DNA of 64,000 nucleotides from Chiloscyllium plagiosum (lineage: Eukaryota): the NCBI RefSeq assembly GCF_004010195.1, contig NC_057756.1:6742304-6806303 (forward strand), read 5' to 3'. This document shows positions 1-11,886 of this stretch, in pieces; the stretch's first letter is position 1, and every line of letters begins with the position of its first letter. A model generated the notes under the pieces. That model made no database searches. It saw nothing but the letters and a program-made list of their open reading frames with translations, and had not been told where the DNA came from. The position numbers were made by a program, and so were the translations under genes.

Positions 1-43
1 CCTCCTCTAGCTTATCTCTCCACGCTCCAGTCTCTCTGCCTTT

Positions 44-80
44 ATTCCTGATGAAGGGCTTTTGCCCGAAACGTCGATTT
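44..80 (+). ncRNA. Minimal type I hammerhead ribozyme motif
   Basis: CTGATGA (48-54), stem II gggc-tttt-gccc, GAAA-CGTC (68-75). Confidence 0.7.
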
Positions 81-434
81 TGCCTGTCCTTGGATGCTGC
101 CTGAATTGCTGTGCTCTTCCAGCACCACTGATCCAGAATCTGGTTTCCAGCATCTGCAGTCATTGTTTTTACTGGAATGGGGCTAGAGTCATGAGCAGGG
201 GTAGTGTTCCCCTCGGGGTTCTGGGGGGTGGGAACCTCCAGCAACATGATCCCCTTGACTTGTCCGGACTTGTCCGACCTGCCCAGCTCCTTTTCCACCT
301 ATCCACTCCACCCTCTCCTCCCTGACCTATCACCTTCATCTCCTCCACCACTGACCTATTGTACTCTATGCTACTCTATCCCCACCCCCACCCTCCTCTA
401 GCTTATCTCTCCACGCTTCAGGCTCTCTGCCTTT

Positions 435-471
435 ATTCCTGATGAAGGGCTTTTGCCCGAAACGTCGATTT
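435..471 (+). ncRNA. Minimal type I hammerhead ribozyme motif (second tandem copy)
   Basis: CTGATGA (439-445), gggc-tttt-gccc, GAAACGTC (459-466). Confidence 0.7.
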
Positions 472-532
472 CGAAGCTTTTCGGATGCTGCCTGAATTGC
501 TGTGCTCTTCCAGCACCACTGATCCAGAACCT

Positions 533-3154
533 AGTTCAGGTGTCTTTTGTGGATATACCCATTTCAAACAGGTTTGCTGTTTGGAAAATGTAGCGGGTGA
601 TGGATTCTCAAGGGAATGTAGCACAAAGTTTCTGGCATTGAGACTGGCTCTAATGCAACGAGGGGTACGTCCGGTTCCAAGAGATCAATTTGGTTAGGGG
701 ATTCTGTAGTCCAAGGTACAGACAGACATTTCTGTGGCCAACAGCGAGAAAGCAAATGGTGTGTTGCTTCCCTGTTGCCAGGATCAAGGATGTCTCAGAG
801 AGCGCATAGAATGTTCTCACAGGAGAGAGAAGGGGGCAGCAGTATGTGGATGTACCTGACCTACTCTTGGAAAATAAGGCAGGGCTGGTATCTGAGTGTC
901 AGTGGGGGAGCACTTTGGGGCCAGCGACCATAATTCTATTAGATTTAAAATAGTGATGGAAAAGGATAGACCAGATCTAAAAGTTGAAGTTCTAAATTGT
1001 AGAAAGGCCAATTTTGGCGGAATTAGGGAAGCACTTTTGAAAGCTGACTGGGGGCAGATGTTCACAGGTAAAGGGACGGCTGGAAAATGGGAAGCCTTCA
1101 GAAATGAGGTATCGAGAATCCAGAGAAAGTATATTCCTGTTAGGGTGAAAGGAAAGGCTGGTAGGTCTAGGGAATGCTGGATGACTAAAGAAATTTAGGG
1201 TTTTGTTCAGAAAAAGAAGGAAGCATATGTCAGGTATAGACAGGGTAGATTGAGTGAATCCTTAGAAGAGTACAAAGGAAGTAGGAGTAAACTGAAGAGG
1301 GAAATCAGGAGGGCAAAAAGGGGACATGAGATAGCTTTGGCAAATAGAATTAAGGAGAATCCAAAGGGTTTTTACAAATACATTAAGGACAAAAGGGTAA
1401 CTAGGGAGAGAATAGGGCCCCTCAAAGATCAGCAAGGCGGCCTTTGTGTGGAGACGCAGAAAATGGGGGAGATACTAAATGAATATTTTGCATCAGTATT
1501 TACTGTGGAAAAGGATATGGAAGATATAGAATGTACGGAAATAGGATGGTGACATCTTGCAAAATGTCCAGATTACAGAGGAGGAAGTGCTGAATGTCTT
1601 GAAACGGGTAAAGGTGGATAAATCTCCAGGACCAGATCAGGTGTACCCGAGAACTCTGTGGGAAGCTAGAGAAGTGATTGCTGGGCCTCTTGCTGAGATA
1701 TTTGTATCATCGATATACACAGGTGAGGTGCCAGAATACTGGAGGTTGGCTAACGTGGTGCCACTGTTTAAGAAGGATGGGAAGGACAAGCCAGGGATCT
1801 ATAGCCCAATGAGCCTGACCTCGGTGGTGGGCAGGGTGTTGGAGGGAATCCTGAGGGACAGGATGTAGATGTATTTGGAAAGGCAAGGACTGATTAGGGA
1901 TAGTCAACATGGTTTGGTGTGTGGGAAATCATGTCTCACAAACTTGATTGAGTTTTTTGAAGAAGTAGCAAAGAGGTTGATGAGGGCAGTGCGGTGGATG
2001 TGATTTGTATGGACTTCAAGGCATTCGACAAGGTTCCCCATGGGAGACTGATTAGCAAGGTTAGATCTCATGGAATACAGGGAGAACTAGCCATTTTGAT
2101 TTTGAACTGGCTCAAAGGTAGAAGACAGAGGGTGGTGGTGGAGGGTTGTTTTTCAGACTGGAGGCCTGTGACCAGTGGAGTGCCACAAGGATTGTTGCTG
2201 GGCCCTCTACTTTTTGTCATTTATATAAATGACTTGGATGCGAGCATAAGAGGTACAGTTAGTAAGTTTGCAGATGACACCAAAATTGGAGGTGTATGGA
2301 CAGGGAAGGTGTAGTTACCTCAGATTGCAACAGGATCTTGACCAGATGGGCCAACGGACTGAGAAGTGGCAGATGGTGTTTAATTCAGATAAATGCGAGG
2401 TGCTGCATTTTGGGAAAGCAAATCTTAGCAGGACTTATACACTTAATGGTAAAGTTATGGAGAGTACTGCTGAACAAAGAGACCTTGGAGTCGCAGGTAG
2501 ATAGGATAGTGAAGAAGGCGTTTGGTATGCTTTCCTTTATTGGTCAGAGTATTGAGTACAGGAGTTGGGAGGTCATGTTGTGGCTGTACAGGACATTGGT
2601 TAGGCCACTGTTGGAATATTGCGTGCAATTCTAGTCTCCTTCCTATTGGAAAGATGTTGTGAAACTTGAAAGGGTTCAGAATAGATTTACAAGGATGTTG
2701 CCGGGTTGGAGGATTTGAGTTATGGGAAGAGGTTGAATAGGCTGGGGCTGTTTTCCCTGGAGCTTTGGAGGCTGGGGGGGGGTGACCTTATAGAGGTTTA
2801 TAAAATTATGAGGAGCATGGATACGGTAAATAGACAGAGTATTTTCTCTCGTGTGGTGGAGTCCAGAACTAGAGGCATAGGTGAGAGGGGAAAGATATAA
2901 AAGAGACCTAAGGGGCAACATTTTCATACAGAGGGTGGCACGTGTATGGAATGAGCTGCCAGAGGAAGTGGTGGAGACTGGTACAATTGAAACATTTAAA
3001 AGGCATTTGGATGGGTATATGAATAGGAAGGGTTTGGAGGAATATGGGCCAGGTGCTGGCAGGTGGGACTGGATTGGGTTGGGATATCTGGTCGCATGGA
3101 CGGGTTGGACCGAAGGGTCTGTTTCCGTGCTGTATATTCAATGACTCTATTCTG
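533..3154 (+). mobile_element. CR1 (HER1-like) LINE, degraded; ORF1 esterase fragment joined by internal deletion to ORF2
   Basis: ~690-835 reads GDSVVQGTDRHFCG...MVCCFPVARIKDVSE (CR1 ORF1 SGNH-like); ORF2 motifs SDHN, KSPGPD, AFDKVPH, SGVPQG, FADDTK, GDLIEVYKI; 3' tail ends ~3154; multiple stops and frameshifts. Confidence 0.93.
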
Positions 3155-3302
3155 TATGAGACATGTGCTGAGAGAGAGGGAGATAGTGATATCGTACATG
3201 GGAAGGAGAAAGAAATTGTGAGATTTTACATGAGAGAGAGAAAAACAGTGAGATCGTGCATGAGACAGAGATAGAAAGAGAGTTTGTACGTGAGAGATTC
3301 AC

Positions 3303-3663
3303 CTTCCCTAACACTGAGGGGCTCCTGTATCACACACCGGAATGAAATCAGATGCTGTGTTTAGGAGAAGGACATGGCCGGTGGAATTAGAACATCTGTT
3401 CATGAGGATGCTCAGAACCAGGAATCCAGCAGAGAATGACAACAGAACAGAGAGGATCAAACAAAGAACTTTGTGTTGAATTAGTGGAACAATACAGTTC
3501 CTGTTGAGAATGTACAGCCAGTGATATACTGACTCTGTTGTAGCACATTCGAGAGTTCAGGATTGTGTCTTTGTGTGTGTCTGTGTGTGGGGGTGTGTGA
3601 TGGAGACAATTTAAGCTGAGTTTGACTCCGCGTGTCTGCTTTCAGCTATTTGACTGCGACATC
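3303..3663 (-). other. Putative non-coding exon-like block, paralogous to 44687-45051
   Basis: Reverse complement aligns by eye along its length with 44687-45051; ends at a GGGAAG|GTGAAT donor-like site. Confidence 0.4.
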
Positions 3664-5143
3664 ATAGAGAGCTTTCCCCAAACTGTACCTGTCCTAGGAG
3701 TCAATAATGCAGACCGTGTCGAGAGCGCTTTACTCTGTATTTCCCCCCATTAAACAGGACATATCATTGGAATGTGCAGATGATACACAAATTGCCAATG
3801 GAGTATACAGGGAAGAGCAGTAAACTTTCGGAGGATACAAGCAGGTGCTGTTTACTGTCGTTGGGAAGATGTCTGAGGATGAAAGTGCTCCACAGGATTG
3901 CTGATGTCATCTCAGTAAAACACTCACAGAGAGACCTCCTTCCTGTTGTTGGCCAATTAATATGAAGCACAGAATTCCAGCGAAATAGGCATGTGAGGGC
4001 TGAGGGCTTTCTCTGTTTGTCATAAAGAGCAAAATGGTCACCCAATGTCCTTGGGGGAAGAGGCCTGGCCTGGATTTAACCCAAATCACAGCCTGACACT
4101 GCAACCCCACAAAGTAACTGAGGGATGGACATTTATAAAACACATTCCATGTCTTCAGTGTAATCTCAAACTGGGTTCGAGGGAATGGAGCAGTTTTGTA
4201 GTGTCCTCAGTGTGTGATTGAGGGAATAGGGAAACTAATTTCTGAGGCAGATAGCGAGAGAGTTACAGACACAGATACAGAGCCAGACACACACAGAGAC
4301 AGGATGGGAGTGTCCTGGAGATATTTCAGAGCTCACTCTGAGACAGACATGAGTTGCACATGAGCAGATAGGAGTGAATTATTCGCTGATACCCACAGTG
4401 CGCTGGACACAGTCTCTGTGAACGACTGAGATGATGGGATCCCGTGTTCCATTTACTGATAATACAAAGTGATGTGGGACAGTAAAATGCAAGGCGGACG
4501 CAGAAAGACTGGGATTGGACAGGTTCAGTGAGTGAGTGAGTAAGACATCGTCTTTGCAGTATCACAGAGAGAAATGGGAGGCTTTGTTCCTTCATTTTAA
4601 TCTTGAAACGGTTTCAGGGTATTGTTAGAGTTTTAGACATTGATTCTAATCCTAGACCCAGAAGCAGCAAGACACCTTTCTCTTTCTCTATCCCAGCAGT
4701 TGTCATTACTGTCTCAAAAACATCTATTCCGTCTGATCCTGGTAAATCCCAGGGGGACAATCCTGCGTTTTGTTCACTTCCCTCCCTCCCCAGTGACCCC
4801 TTCCTGTCCAGCTATCATTCTGGGGAGTCTATACTGCACTCAGATACACACACACTCCTCAACTCCCCACTCTTTCTTGCCTCTCCCTATTTGTAAAGTC
4901 AATGTCAGTGCTGGGCTAACATGAAATGGCTGCCAATATACCTAAGATGGCAGACACCTTCAGAATCCTTTGTGCTGGCTTTGTCGATTAAAACAGCCCC
5001 TCACAGTTTGTCCATGATCATTTCTCAATCTCCTACAGTGAGGTGGGAAGCGATGGTGTTTGGATGTTAGCCTGCAGAGAGACAATCCAGACTAAATGGT
5101 ACAATGTTAACCTTGGGGGGGCAGGAGCAAAGAAGGTTTCAGT

Positions 5144-5665
5144 GATAGAACATAGAACATAGAAGAATACAGCGCAGTACAGGCCCTTTGGCCCTCGATG
5201 TTGCGCCGATCCAAGCCCACCTAACCTATACTAACCCACTATCCTCCATATACCTATCTAATGCCCGCTTAAATGCCCATAAAGAGGGGGAGTCCACCAC
5301 TGCTACTGGCAGGGCATTCTATGAACTTACGACTCGCTGAGTGAAGACCCTACCCCTAACTTCAGTCCTATATCTACTCCCCCTTAATTTAAAGCTATGC
5401 CCCCTTGTAATACCCGACTCCATACGCGGGAAAAGGTTCACACTGTCAATCCTATCTAACCCCCTAATCATCTTGTACACCTCAGTCAAGTCACCCCTAA
5501 ACCTTCTTTTCTCTAATGAAAACAGCCCCAAGTGTCTCAGTCTTTCCTCATACGATCTTCCTTCCATACCAGGCAACATCCTGGTGAACCTCCTCTGCAC
5601 CCGTTCCAGTGCCTCCACATCCTTCCTATAGTATGGCGACCAAAACTGCACACAATATTCAAGAT
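5144..5665 (-). mobile_element. CR1 LINE 3' fragment (different subfamily)
   Basis: ORF 5319-5687: YCVQFWSPYYRKDVEALERVQRRFTRMLPG...RGDLTEVYK; (ttctatg)n tail at ~5145-5165. Confidence 0.9.
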
Positions 5666-5967
5666 GCCTCTGGAATCCTGTCAGCACAGGAGAGGGGAAA
5701 ATGTCTCAAAAGCATTTTTCAAATTTGGGGACACCATCACAATGGCTTTCTGCGATTTGTGAACAAGGATCTGGAAAATATTGCTGAATATTTATTAAGT
5801 CCTGCAGTAAAGTCATATTGGACCTAATAATGCAGGACCCTGGTGGTACACACACGCACACACAGTCACAGACATGCTCACACAGTTACACAGGAACATG
5901 GAATGACAAAGTACACTGGGACTTTCAAATATTAAAGCTCCATTAAAAAATCCCTGGATGTCAGATT

Positions 5968-8392
5968 GAACAGAGAGTGTGTGCATGTGAGAGATGGGAG
6001 TGTGTGTGAATGGGACAGAGAATGGGTGCGTGTGCAAGAGGAACATTGTGTGCAAGCACGAGAGAGAGAGATGGAGAGTGTGTGCCAGTGCAAGAGTGTG
6101 TATGTGCGTGAGCATGAGAGAGTGCACGAACACAAGAGAGAATGTGTGAATGAGAGAGAGAGTGCCTAAACGCATGAGACAGAGTGTGCCAACATAAGAG
6201 AGAGTCTGTGCAAACGCAAGAGAGAAAGAGAGAGAATGTGAGGAGAAAGTGTGGGCAAACACGAGTGAGACAGTGCGCTAACGTGAGAGAGACATTGTGC
6301 AGAAATGTGGGAGACAGAGTGTGCACAAACGTGAGCAAGGGAGAGTGCACGCTAATGCAAGAGTGAGAGTGTACACGAATGTGAGAGAGTGTGTGCATGA
6401 ACATGAATGTGCGCGAATGCAAGAGTGTGTGTGAACGAGAGACAGTGTGCACGAACATGAATGTGTGTGAATGCGACAGAGCAAGTGTGTGTGGATGTGT
6501 GAGAGAGAGAGTGCTTGAAAGCGAGAGTGTGCGTGAATGCGAGAGAGCAAGTGTGCGTGGATGTGTGAGAGAGAGTGTGCACGAATGTGAGAGAGAGAAT
6601 GCACGAATGTGAGAGACTGTGTGAGCTTGAGGGACAGTGTGTGCGAACGCGAGAGAGTGAGAGTGTGCAAACACAAGAGATAGAGTGCACAAATGCATGA
6701 AAATGTGTACAGAAACGCAAGAGTGCACAAATGCGAGAGATTGTGCAAACGTGAGAGTGTGTGCAAATATGTGAGATATAGAGTGCACAAAAGCATGAGA
6801 GAGAGAGTATGTACAGAAAGCAGGAGAGTGTGCAAACGCAAGAGAGAGAGGGAGAGTACACAAATGCGAGAGAGCATTTGCGTGAGTGCGAGAGAGACAG
6901 TATGTGTGAATGCAAGACAGACTATGCAAATGCACAAGAAAGAGAGTGCATAAACGCAAGAGAGAGACAGTGCATGAGAAAGTGTGTGTGAACACAAGAG
7001 AAAGTGTGAATGAAAGTGAAAGAGAGAGTGTGTTTGGAATGCGAGAGAGATAGTGTGCGTGAGCGAGAGAGTGAGCATGAATGCACAAGAGAGACTGTGC
7101 GAACACGAGAGAACGTGCAAGCACAAGAGCTAGCATGCGAATGCGGGTGTGTGTGCACGAACACGAGAGACTATATGTGTGTGAATGCGAGAGAGTGTGT
7201 GAGCAAACATGAGAGAGAGTGCACGCAATCGCGAGAGAGTGTGTGTGCGAATGTGAGAGAGGGAATGTGCATGAACATGAGAGAGAGTATGTGTAAACGT
7301 GATGGAGTACGTGCAAGCTCGAGAGTGTGTGTGTGAGAATGCGCGAGTGTGAAAGTGTGTGCGTGCACATGAGAGTACATACATGAGAGAGAGTGTGCGA
7401 AAGAGAGAGCACACAAAAGTGAGAAAGATATGCGAGAGATATGTGAGTGTGTGAGTATGCAAGAGGAAGAGACTGTGTGTGAACATGTGAGTGTGCGTGA
7501 ACTTGAGTTATATAGTGCGCATGAACATGAGTGAGATAGTGTGCATGTGTGTGAAAGAGATATGCGTGTGTGCGAGAGGAAGAATGTGTATACATGAGAG
7601 TGTGCTTGTGAGAGAAAGTGTAGGCGTGCTAGAGAGAGTGAGCACATGCAAGAGAGATAGTGTGTGTGTGAGGGAGAGACAGCGTGTTTCAGAGCGTGCA
7701 AGAGGACGTGTACCTGCATGAGAGAAAGAGACAGTATGCTTGCGAGAAAGCCTGCCCGAGAAAGATTGTTTGCGTGTGTGAAAGCGAGTGTGTGTGTGTA
7801 TGAGAGGGTGTGTACGTGTGTGCACTTTGTGTGAGTGTGCCTGCAAGAGAAGGAGAGTATGTTTGTGAGAGTGTGTGTGAGCGAGAGAGAGAGCATGCCC
7901 TTGTGAGACAGAGTGGGTGTGTGCTTACATGAGAGAGAGAATGTGTGCACTCAAGAGAGAGGGTGTGCATGAGAGGGAAAGACTGTATGAGCCTGCGTGT
8001 GAGAGAAATAGAGATTGCGTGCGTGAAAGAAAGAGTGTGTGCATGTGAGACTGTGCATGCACAATAGAAAGAGTGTGTGTGTGGGCATGAGTGTGAGAGT
8101 GTGTTTGTGAGCGTGTGTGTGTGTTAGAGTGTATGACAGACTTTGTGAGAGAAGGAATTTTGGAAAGAGTGTGTGCGCATGCGCACATGTGGGTCTGTAG
8201 GGGGCTGATACAAGTGTCTATGACAGAGTGCGTGTGTGTGTGTGCACGTGTGTGAATGTAAAAGAGTATAAGTCTGTGAGAGGGTTTGTGTGAGTGTGGG
8301 AGTGTATGTGTGAGCGCATGTGAGAGAGTCTGTAGGAGAGTGTGTGTGTGTATGCAGGAATGTCTGTCTGTCTGTGAGTGTGTATGTGTGTG
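5968..8392. repeat. ~2.4 kb degenerate (GA)n/(GT)n low-complexity array
   Basis: Continuous mix of gagagt/gtgtgc/gcatga units; source of the long His/Thr/Leu/Ser-rich spurious ORFs. Confidence 0.9.
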
Positions 8393-8535
8393 TGTAGTGC
8401 AGTGGGATCACTTGCAGTGTGACATGAACCCCAGGTCCCAGTTGAGGCCATCCCCATGGGAACCAAACTTGGCTGTCAGCCTCTGCTCGGCCACTTTGCG
8501 TTGTTGCCTGTCCCGAAGTCTGCCTTGGAGGACTG
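8392..8535 (-). mobile_element. PLE ORF C-terminus (end of GIY-YIG endonuclease)
   Basis: Minus strand reads LQGRLRDRQQRKVAEQRLTAKFGSHGDGLNWDLGFMSHCK*; same sequence family at 19859-19927. Confidence 0.7.
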
Positions 8536-8681
8536 TCAAACAAAAGTCTGAGGTGGAATGTCCCAGACCACTGAAGTATTCTCTGACTGGAAGGGAACAC
8601 TCCTGTCTGTTAATTGTTGTGTGGTGTCTATTGTGGTGAGGAGATATGTGGACAAGAAATTGTCAGATTCATTCTCAAATG

Positions 8682-8755
8682 CTGTGTGTGTGTGTCTGTG
8701 TGTGTCTGTGTGTGTGTGTCTGTGTTTGTCTGTGAGTGTGTGTATGTCTGTGTGT
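8682..8755. repeat. (TG)n/(TGTGTC)n microsatellite
   Basis: Direct reading. Confidence 0.9.
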
Positions 8756-8857
8756 TAATGTTTCAGCCTCTGGGTAATTGCTTTCTTACAATTTGATTGT
8801 ATTTCGATGTTGTGGTGATGTTACATAATGTATTAGGGTTGGTGGGTTACGTTTAAA

Positions 8858-10205
8858 CCTGGGATCTTGCTGTGTAATTTTGCATCAAAGTGCTCTCACT
8901 CCCCACCCCCCGCCCCCAACAAAACCAGTCTCATCATTTCTCTCTTTTGTCCCGAGGAACTTTTTTTTGGGAAAGCTGTAAAGTGAAGGTCCAAAATGCC
9001 TGAGGCCAGGAAAGCCTTGGACAAGAACAACCTCCAGAGGGGGAGCACAGGCCTGAGGCCTATTCACCAGGCTGCACCCTGTGGGGCCCAGGTGAGTTGT
9101 GGCCTGTTTATTACCCCAAGGTTTCATCTCCTCTGGGGGTGGGGAGTGTGGTGGGAAAGAGCCTGGTTTGTAGGGGTCTCTGATTAACTGGGTCCTGTCA
9201 GATTGCGGCCCTGTCATTTTTAAAACGGGTTTGAAGCCAGGGGTTAAAATAACCGGGACTCGGGACCATGACACATACATGTTAACCTCCAGGATCTGGG
9301 AAGCAGGACTCCCTCAGGAGGGAATTAAAACCCAAAATATCTGACCCTCTGTAAAAGCTTGCCACAATGTCAGAGGAATATGGGTCATTGAGAGGGCAAG
9401 ATGATAAAATTCAACAGTGAGAGAAGGAGAGTGAGAGAAAGAATTGAAAAATGGAGAGAACGGGAGAAACACAAGGAGAGAGATGGAGAGGTCTTGTGAG
9501 ATTGTGAAATAGCTGTAATTTTCAATTCTGGGCTGACTGGAAATATTTAAACTGAACCAGCATCACGGAGAGAAATAAAAACGATCAGATTATCGAGCTG
9601 CTGCAGAATTGTCACATGTGGAATCTTGTGCATCAGTTGCCCTGAGGTCGCTGTTGCAGGTAGTGAGTGTTTTAATCAGCTGACTCATCAATTGAAAAGC
9701 TTTTCAACATGAAAATTGAACTGATCGCCCACCATGTTTGTGTTTGGATGTTGCTGAGAGATTGTCTGTGTCACTAACCCTGGGATCTTGCTGTGCCATC
9801 TCCCACCAAAAGATTTTCCTGCTTTGCCTTTCAACGAATGCTGCCTCTTACCTTCCAAAGGGAACTTTTCAGCCACTTGAAGACTCGAAGAGAGAGAGTT
9901 TGAGAGCAGGAAACCTTCCAACAAGAGCTTTCTCCAGTGGGGGAACGCGGTCCTGAGGCCTATTTGGAGCCCAGGTGAGTTTTGTCTGCTTATTACCCTG
10001 AGGTTTAATCCCCTCCCTGGGGGTGGACTGGTTTTTTACAGGGCCTCTGGTTAATTGGGTCCTGTCAGATTGCGGCCCTATCAATTTTAAAACAGGTTTG
10101 AAACCTGGGCTGAAATTAACTGGGACTTTGGGTTTTAACACAAACACGTCAACAGACAGAGGACAGGCAGAGGATGCCCCAAGGAGGCAATTAAAAGCTT
10201 AAATG
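8858..10205 (+). repeat. Diverged tandem duplication (~8858-9335 and ~9777-10205), each copy with an exon-like unit
   Basis: Shared cctgggatcttgctgtg, cctgaggcctatt, cccag|gtgagt, and an identical 24-mer tgggtcctgtcagattgcggccct (9189-9212, 10056-10079). Confidence 0.75.
9575..9715 (+). mobile_element. Possible highly decayed DeuSINE/SacSINE-like remnant
   Basis: cagattatc...tgtggaatcttgtgc resembles the Deu-domain core as recalled; the related gggatcttgctgt motif recurs at ~8860, 9782, 11169, 11273. Confidence 0.3.
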
Positions 10206-10389
10206 AGAAACTTTCTCCATAGACCTGTTCTCACGTCATTTACACAGAAACACATCGGGGAAAGGAATTGCGGAGTTCAGGCCGTCTCTGGGATTTTTCT
10301 CACAAGGGCCGAGTTCTGGGCTGGGGTGGGGACAAAGGGACAAAAAGATGGAGAGGGAGCTGCTGCACAGTCTGATCCCACAGATGTCA

Positions 10390-11110
10390 CTGCCTCCCTC
10401 TCTCACTCCAGCTCCCATCTCTACCTCTGTGTTCCCAACTCTCTCTCTGTCTATCCCACATCATTCCTTTAATCCCCATCCTTCCCATTTCCCCCTGTTC
10501 ACATTCCCCTGTACATTCCCCTCCTACAGCTCTCTGGAGCCTCCCTCGTTCCCGGGAACTGTTGAATTGTTCAATCTCCAANNTTTTTCTCTCTCTCTCT
10601 CCCTGGATTTTCTCCAGCTGTCTGTCTCTCCTTGGGATTTCTCTCCCTCTTTCTCTCCCTGATTTTACTTTCTCTCCCTCCCTCCCTGTGTCTGCCCTTT
10701 CTCTCTCTCATCCTCTGTCCTTATGTCTTTCCCCTGGGTTTTTTGTTCTGACTCTCTGTCCTGTTCTCTCCCTGGGTTTTACACTCTCTCTGGTCTGCCC
10801 TCTGTTTCTCTCTCGGGGAGTTCATTCCGTGGGATCTTTCTCTGTCTTTTGCTGGCTCTGCCTTGGTGTTTTTCTCTCTCTCTTTCCCTGGTTTCACACT
10901 GTGTCTCTCCCTCTCCGTCTCTCTCTCTCTTTCTCCCAGCATCTCTGTCCTCTGTCTGTCTCTCTCTCCCGGGATCTTTCTCTGTCCTTGGCTCGCTCTC
11001 TCTGTCTGTGTCCCTCCCTCTGTCTCTGTCCCTCACCTTGCTTGCTTTCTCTCCATCCACCTTCCTATCTGTCCTTCCCTCCCTCCCTACCCCTGTCTCG
11101 CTGTCCCTGC
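10390..11110. repeat. Pyrimidine-rich (CT) low-complexity tract
   Basis: ~700 bp dominated by ctctct/ctgtct. Confidence 0.85.
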
Positions 11111-11886
11111 CCCTTGGGTTAGATTTGGACTCAGTACCACTTGGTGCTGCACATGCTGTTAACACCGTGGGATCTTGCTGTTCTCTGCATCTCTCATTGT
11201 TGTCCAAACGGTGGGTGGGTGTGGGAAAGATAAAGCCCCTTTCTCACTGAGCAGGGTGGCTGGGGGAAGCCTGGGATCTTGCTGTGCATGAAGAGAGAGA
11301 CAGTCGAAAGGCCAGTCAGTCAGTGCACATCCTCCCTCTGACCCCACCCCTTTCAGCCCAGGGGCTAGTACTCAGTGAGGTGGGAGAGGGGAAGGGGAAT
11401 TGTAGATGATGGAGACCCAGAGAGGGCTTTTATAGACAGTAGAGGTGGAAGGGGAGTGTTGTTACGGGGGCAGTTTGAGGGAGGGGCAATTAGACCGGGA
11501 CAAGGGTTTGAGGGGGGTGCAAAATGTTTGGGGGAAAGTGCAAGAGTTGTGTTGGGGGAGGGGCGAAAAGTCTAGGGACAGGCAGGAAAATGGGGCAGGA
11601 AAATGGGGATGGGGTCCAGGTGGGGGTATGGAAGTTGCTGAGTTGGGGCAGTTTCCAAGATCTGTGGGGGGCAGAAATAAAACGGAGGGGGGGAGCCATG
11701 AGTGAAATGATATTCCGCTTCCCCCTCCCTTCACATTTTTGACTCTGCCCTTAGTTCTGGGCATAATTGGCAGGGGGCAACATTGTTAGGAGGCAAAATT
11801 GAGTGACATAAAATAGTGGGCACAGGGGCGGCATAAAATATGAGGGATGGAGGGAGGGGGCAACTATGGGGGAGTTGGTTGGTGGG

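Larger units (their letters stand above)
1..528 (+). mobile_element. Penelope-like element terminal repeats (two direct copies, period ~391 bp)
   Basis: cctcctctagcttatctctccacgc...ttattcctgatgaagggcttttgcccgaaacgtcgattt...gctgtgctcttccagcaccactgatccagaa occurs at ~1-140 and ~392-528; each copy has a hammerhead core. Confidence 0.75.

Noticed and set aside
3757..3846. Exon after a cccccattaaacag acceptor-like site
   Set aside because: Translates as CADDTQI...EE, a decayed CR1 FADDTKI remnant with a stop
5813..8188. Long ORFs up to 544 aa (His/Thr/Leu/Ser-rich)
   Set aside because: By-products of the CA/CT low-complexity array; open in several frames with no domain signal
10562..11250. 175-186 aa Leu/Ser-rich ORFs
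   Set aside because: Arise from the CT-rich low-complexity tract
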